The notes beneath the pieces are model-generated. The model ran no database searches and had not been told where the DNA came from. It saw only the letters and a program-made list of their open reading frames with translations. 64,000 nt of DNA, taken from contig JBEKHC010000009.1 of assembly GCA_050012475.1 (NCBI GenBank), positions 12,960 through 76,959 of the forward strand. The letters run 5' to 3'. Of the stretch, positions 60,526 to 64,000 are shown in pieces (positions within the stretch are counted from its first letter, which is position 1; every line of letters begins with the position of its first letter). This DNA comes from Candidatus Velthaea sp. (lineage in GTDB: Bacteria; Vulcanimicrobiota; Vulcanimicrobiia; Vulcanimicrobiales; Vulcanimicrobiaceae). Position numbers and translations under genes: made by a program.

Positions 60526-62027
60526 GGAGCGCTCGGTCCGGGCGGCGGTTGGGTTGCGCCCGAGGCCAGCCCGATCAGCGCGCGGACCGACAAGTGCGAA
60601 CCGGCAATCTCGGCAACCACCTGCCCCCGGTTGAAGACCAGCGCGCGGTGCGCGATCCCGGCGACCTCCTCGAAATCCGACGAAATCAGCAGCGCGGCCA
60701 TGCCGCGGTCGAGCGCCGCTTGCAGCGCGACGTAGATGTCCGCCTTCGCGCCGACGTCCACGCCGATCGTCGGCTCTTCGAGCACCAGCAGTGCGCTCCG
60801 CGCTTCGAGCCAACGCGCGAGCACGATTTTCTGCTGATTGCCCCCGGACAGCGTACCGATGGTTCGTTCGGGATCGCGCGGGCGAACGGAGAACCGGCGC
60901 AGCACGTCCGCGGCAGCTTGACGTTCGGCGCGCGGACCCACGACGCTCCAAACCCGTTTGCCCGTTGCCAACGGGTTGATGTACAGATTCTCGCGCACCG
61001 TCAAGGTCACGGCGAGATTTTCCGCTGCGCGCTTACTGGAAACAAAACCGATCCTTTCGCGCATCGCACGCGCCGGATTCGAAGCCCGAACCGGGCGTCC
61101 AGCGAGTCCAAACGATCCGGAGGTCGCCGCGACATCGCCGAAGATGGCGCGTCCGATGACGTCGTGGCCGGCGCCGCGCAAACCGACGAGCGCGAGGATC
61201 TCGCCCGCCATCACGCGGAACGACACGGGCCCGACGCCGCTGACGGCCAGCGCGTCGACCTGCAACAGCGGCTGCGCCGACGGCGGCGGCGGCTTGACGA
61301 AGACTTCGCTGGGCGCGCGGCCGACGATCGAGCGGACCAATTCGGCCGGCGTCGTCGCGGCCACCGCGCTCGTCGCAATGCGTTTGCCGTCGCGCAACAC
61401 CGTCACGCGATCGGCGACGCGAAAGACTTCATCGAGCCGGTGCGTGACGTAGACGATCCCCACGCCCTGCGTGCGCAAACGCCGCAGCACGTCGAGCAGC
61501 CGCGCGACGTCGTGTTCGGTGAGCGCGGCCGTGGGCTCGTCGAGCACCAGCACCTCGGCGCGCACCGCAAGTGCGCGGCCGATCGCCACGATCGAGCGGT
61601 CGGACGCCGACAGCGTCTGCACGTTCGCTTCGGGATCGATCTCGCTGCCCATGAGCCGCAGCGCTTCGAGTGCCGTGCGCCGGACGCTTTTCCAGGCGAT
61701 CAGTCCGTTGGTTCGCGCGTAGCCGGTCAGCAACGCGACGTTTTCGGCCACCGTCATCAACTCGACCAGACCCAGGTCTTGATGGATGAAGGCGATCGGC
61801 AGGGACGGCGATCCGGGATGCACGGCTTCGCCCTTGAAGCGGATTTCGCCGGCGTCGGGAGCGTACACGCCGGCGAGGATTTTGATGAGCGTCGACTTGC
61901 CCGCTCCGTTCTCACCGAGCAGCGCATGGATCTCACCCGGTCGCACGGCGAAATCGACGTTGTCGAGCGCCAGCGTGCCGGTGAAACGCTTGGTGAGCCC
62001 TTGCGTTTCGAGCAGAGCTTGCGCTAT
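60522..62027 (-). CDS. Sugar ABC transporter ATP-binding protein (RbsA-like)
   Basis: GENGAGKST, LDEPT, LSGGNQQK. Homology extends upstream of GTG 61946 (LLETQGLTKRFTGTLALDNVDF) to ATA 62027. Confidence 0.92.
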   Translation of the reverse strand: MAQALLETQGLTKRFTGTLALDNVDFAVRPGEIHALLGENGAGKSTLIKILAGVYAPDAGEIRFKGEAVHPGSPSLPIAFIHQDLGLVELMTVAENVALLTGYARTNGLIAWKSVRRTALEALRLMGSEIDPEANVQTLSASDRSIVAIGRALAVRAEVLVLDEPTAALTEHDVARLLDVLRRLRTQGVGIVYVTHRLDEVFRVADRVTVLRDGKRIATSAVAATTPAELVRSIVGRAPSEVFVKPPPPSAQPLLQVDALAVSGVGPVSFRVMAGEILALVGLRGAGHDVIGRAIFGDVAATSGSFGLAGRPVRASNPARAMRERIGFVSSKRAAENLAVTLTVRENLYINPLATGKRVWSVVGPRAERQAAADVLRRFSVRPRDPERTIGTLSGGNQQKIVLARWLEARSALLVLEEPTIGVDVGAKADIYVALQAALDRGMAALLISSDFEEVAGIAHRALVFNRGQVVAEIAGSHLSVRALIGLASGATQPPPGPSAP

Positions 62028-63157
62028 TGCGCGCCCCAGATCTTCGCGTAGTGGTCTTTATAGCCGTTACTGGGGATGAACAGATTTTGGTCGCCGCCCT
62101 CGCTGTGCACGTTTTCGGGCGTCACTAAATACGGTGCCTGAACGAAGCCGCTGGGCGGCATGCCGTGGAACGCGCGATTGAGTTCGTCAACGGCCTGCCA
62201 CGCTTGAAGCTCGAACGGCTCGGACACGGTGACGTACTGATATTGGCCGCCGGCGCGAATCCGTTCGTATGCCGACTTGTTGCCGTCGGCGCCGATGAGC
62301 TTGACCGCATCGGGAGCGACGTTGCCTTGCCGCAGCGTGGGGATGGCGTAGTCCCAATCGTTGTCGCCGACGGAGATGCCGTAGAAAGGAAGGCCAAACC
62401 GTTGGACCCAGCCCGTCGTCAGCTGCGGCATGTGCTGCGAAGCTTCCGAAGCCGGAAAGCTCACGTAGTCGAGGACTTTGCACGTGGCGCATTGCGAAAC
62501 GCGATCTTCGCTGGCATGCGATTTCACGCTCGCGATGGCATATTCGTTGTGGGAAACGAACACCACGCGCGCTTTGCCGCCGGAGTCCGCAATCGCCCAG
62601 TCCGCTTCGGCTTTGCCGATCTCACGCGGGTCTTCTTCGATGTTCACGAACAGGTTGAGATCGGGCTGCGGACCCGGCAATCCCGCCGCGTGGATGCCGA
62701 CGAATTTCACGCCTTCGGCAAGTCCGCGGGTGATCGCGGGTTGCAGGCTCTTGGCGTCGGCAAACATCACGATCCCGTTCGGCTTGAGTGCGATCGCTTG
62801 ATCCATACCGGCCAGCCACGATGTTGGACTGCCCTTGCCGTCGATCACCGTGGCACTCCAACCGATTTTTTCCGCGGCCTGTTTGATGTACACGCCGTAT
62901 TCGTGCGAGATGTCGTTCTGTTCATCGCCCGAGAGATAGACGAGTTTCATACCCTTGGCCGGTTTCGGCGCCGACGTCGGGCCTTTCCACGTCGTTTGCG
63001 GCCCCGCGTATTCCGCAATCGCGGCTTTCGCCGCCGCGACCACGTCCGAAGCGGCATCGGCCCGGCGCGGAGCGGCGTAGCCTTGCATCGCGACGAGCGC
63101 GAGCACGCTCAGCATCGAAGCCGTCGTGCGGAACCAGCGTCTGCTTGCGATGATCAT
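62024..63157 (-). CDS. Sugar ABC transporter substrate-binding protein
   Basis: Signal peptide, WKGPTSAP, IGWSATVIDGKG, QAWQAVDELNRAF. Confidence 0.9.
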   Translation of the reverse strand: MIIASRRWFRTTASMLSVLALVAMQGYAAPRRADAASDVVAAAKAAIAEYAGPQTTWKGPTSAPKPAKGMKLVYLSGDEQNDISHEYGVYIKQAAEKIGWSATVIDGKGSPTSWLAGMDQAIALKPNGIVMFADAKSLQPAITRGLAEGVKFVGIHAAGLPGPQPDLNLFVNIEEDPREIGKAEADWAIADSGGKARVVFVSHNEYAIASVKSHASEDRVSQCATCKVLDYVSFPASEASQHMPQLTTGWVQRFGLPFYGISVGDNDWDYAIPTLRQGNVAPDAVKLIGADGNKSAYERIRAGGQYQYVTVSEPFELQAWQAVDELNRAFHGMPPSGFVQAPYLVTPENVHSEGGDQNLFIPSNGYKDHYAKIWGAQ

Positions 63158-63480
63158 CGAGCGTTCCCCCACCCCACGCGGATTCTTGCGGGCGGCTTGG
63201 GCCGGGAGCGACCGCCGGCCCGCGCAGCGAGAAATCCGTGGTCTTTAACGTGACGTGCAAATCGGTCCGGTTGTGATTTGCTGTAAAGCTACACGAACGG
63301 TTCTCGCGCGTCAATCACGACGACGCGCAGCGCCGGCGCGCGAAACCGTCCCGGCGATGTCAAGCGTAAGCTTCTTCTCTCAGCAATAAAGCGTGCTAAA
63401 GAGCCGAGGCCGATTCGCGGGCGCGCAAACTCGAGGGCCGCGACAGGACTCGGCCGTGCCGATGCGGGAACGGCGCGGCA

Positions 63481-64000
63481 ATGAACGTTTTCGCCGCGCA
63501 AGCCGCTTTCGCTGCGTTCGTGCTCTTCGCCGGCGGTGCGGTGCAGGTCGCGCGTGCGCAACCCGACATCGAGCCGACCCCGCCGGCGGGCGCGACGGTC
63601 GTGCGTGAAGTGCAAGCGGGCGGAGCGCAAGTGTATGCCTGCCGCGCAAACCCAGCGGGCGTTTACCAATGGACGCTCGTCGGTCCCAAAGCCGTGCTGA
63701 TCGGCGACGACGGAAGCGATTTCGGAACCCACAGCGCCGGCCCAACCTGGACCGCGGTCGACGGCAGCAGCATCGGCGCCGACGGCGCGCATCCGTTGCA
63801 AAAAATCGACCGTCCGCAGAGCGTCCCGGCGTTGTTGCTCGCGGTGACGTCGTCGCACGGCGAAGGCGTGCTCAGCGGCGTACGTTTCGTTCGCCGTGCC
63901 CAAACCCAAGGCGGTACGGCGCCCGCCGCCGGCTGCGACGCCGAACACGCGAACGCAACCGCAGCGAGCCGCTATAGCGCCGTCTACACGTTCTATCGCT
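63481..64000 (+). CDS. DUF3455-like secreted protein; stop codon at or just past the window edge
   Basis: Not in the ORF track. Manual translation gives a signal peptide, GAQVYAC, WTLVGPKA, HSAGPTW...DGS, TQGGTAP and YSAVYTFYR. Confidence 0.85.
   Translation, partial: MNVFAAQAAFAAFVLFAGGAVQVARAQPDIEPTPPAGATVVREVQAGGAQVYACRANPAGVYQWTLVGPKAVLIGDDGSDFGTHSAGPTWTAVDGSSIGADGAHPLQKIDRPQSVPALLLAVTSSHGEGVLSGVRFVRRAQTQGGTAPAAGCDAEHANATAASRYSAVYTFYR

Noticed and set aside
328..63948. Many long antisense or alternative-frame ORFs in the track (e.g. 328-1332, 24302-25900, 32333-34126, 60549-62051)
   Set aside because: They are Arg/Ala-rich shadows of recognisable genes, as expected in high-GC DNA.
1..64000. 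CRISPR arrays, tRNA and rRNA genes
   Set aside because: I saw no regularly spaced repeats or structural-RNA signatures by eye; a covariance-model scan would be needed to exclude small ncRNAs.

Overview
GC-rich bacterial DNA. The gene repertoire (copper-amine-oxidase N-domain/YXWGXW protein, actinobacterial-type group 3b hydrogenase, phosphoribulokinase, MalT/BTAD regulator, many leaderless genes) suggests a terrabacterial soil organism such as Eremiobacterota; this is inference only. I saw no rRNA, tRNA or CRISPR array. Layout: (1-2.9 kb) 5' part of a group 3b NiFe-hydrogenase operon; (3-4.3 kb) small genes behind sigma28-like promoters; (4.8-20 kb) a decaying accessory region with a Cre-like tyrosine recombinase preceded by a loxP-geometry 34-bp site, two toxin-antitoxin pairs, a Pat-type acetyltransferase preceded by a deacetylase remnant, a CALB-like lipase and many pseudogenes; (20-56 kb) mostly intact genes for regulators, transporters, secreted proteins, a membrane-spanning STAND-like protein, an RND pump and an isolated phosphoribulokinase; (56-59.5 kb) a second decayed patch with a resolvase remnant; (59.5-64 kb) a sugar ABC transporter and a DUF3455-like gene. 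All family calls come from motif recognition by eye, not from database searches.
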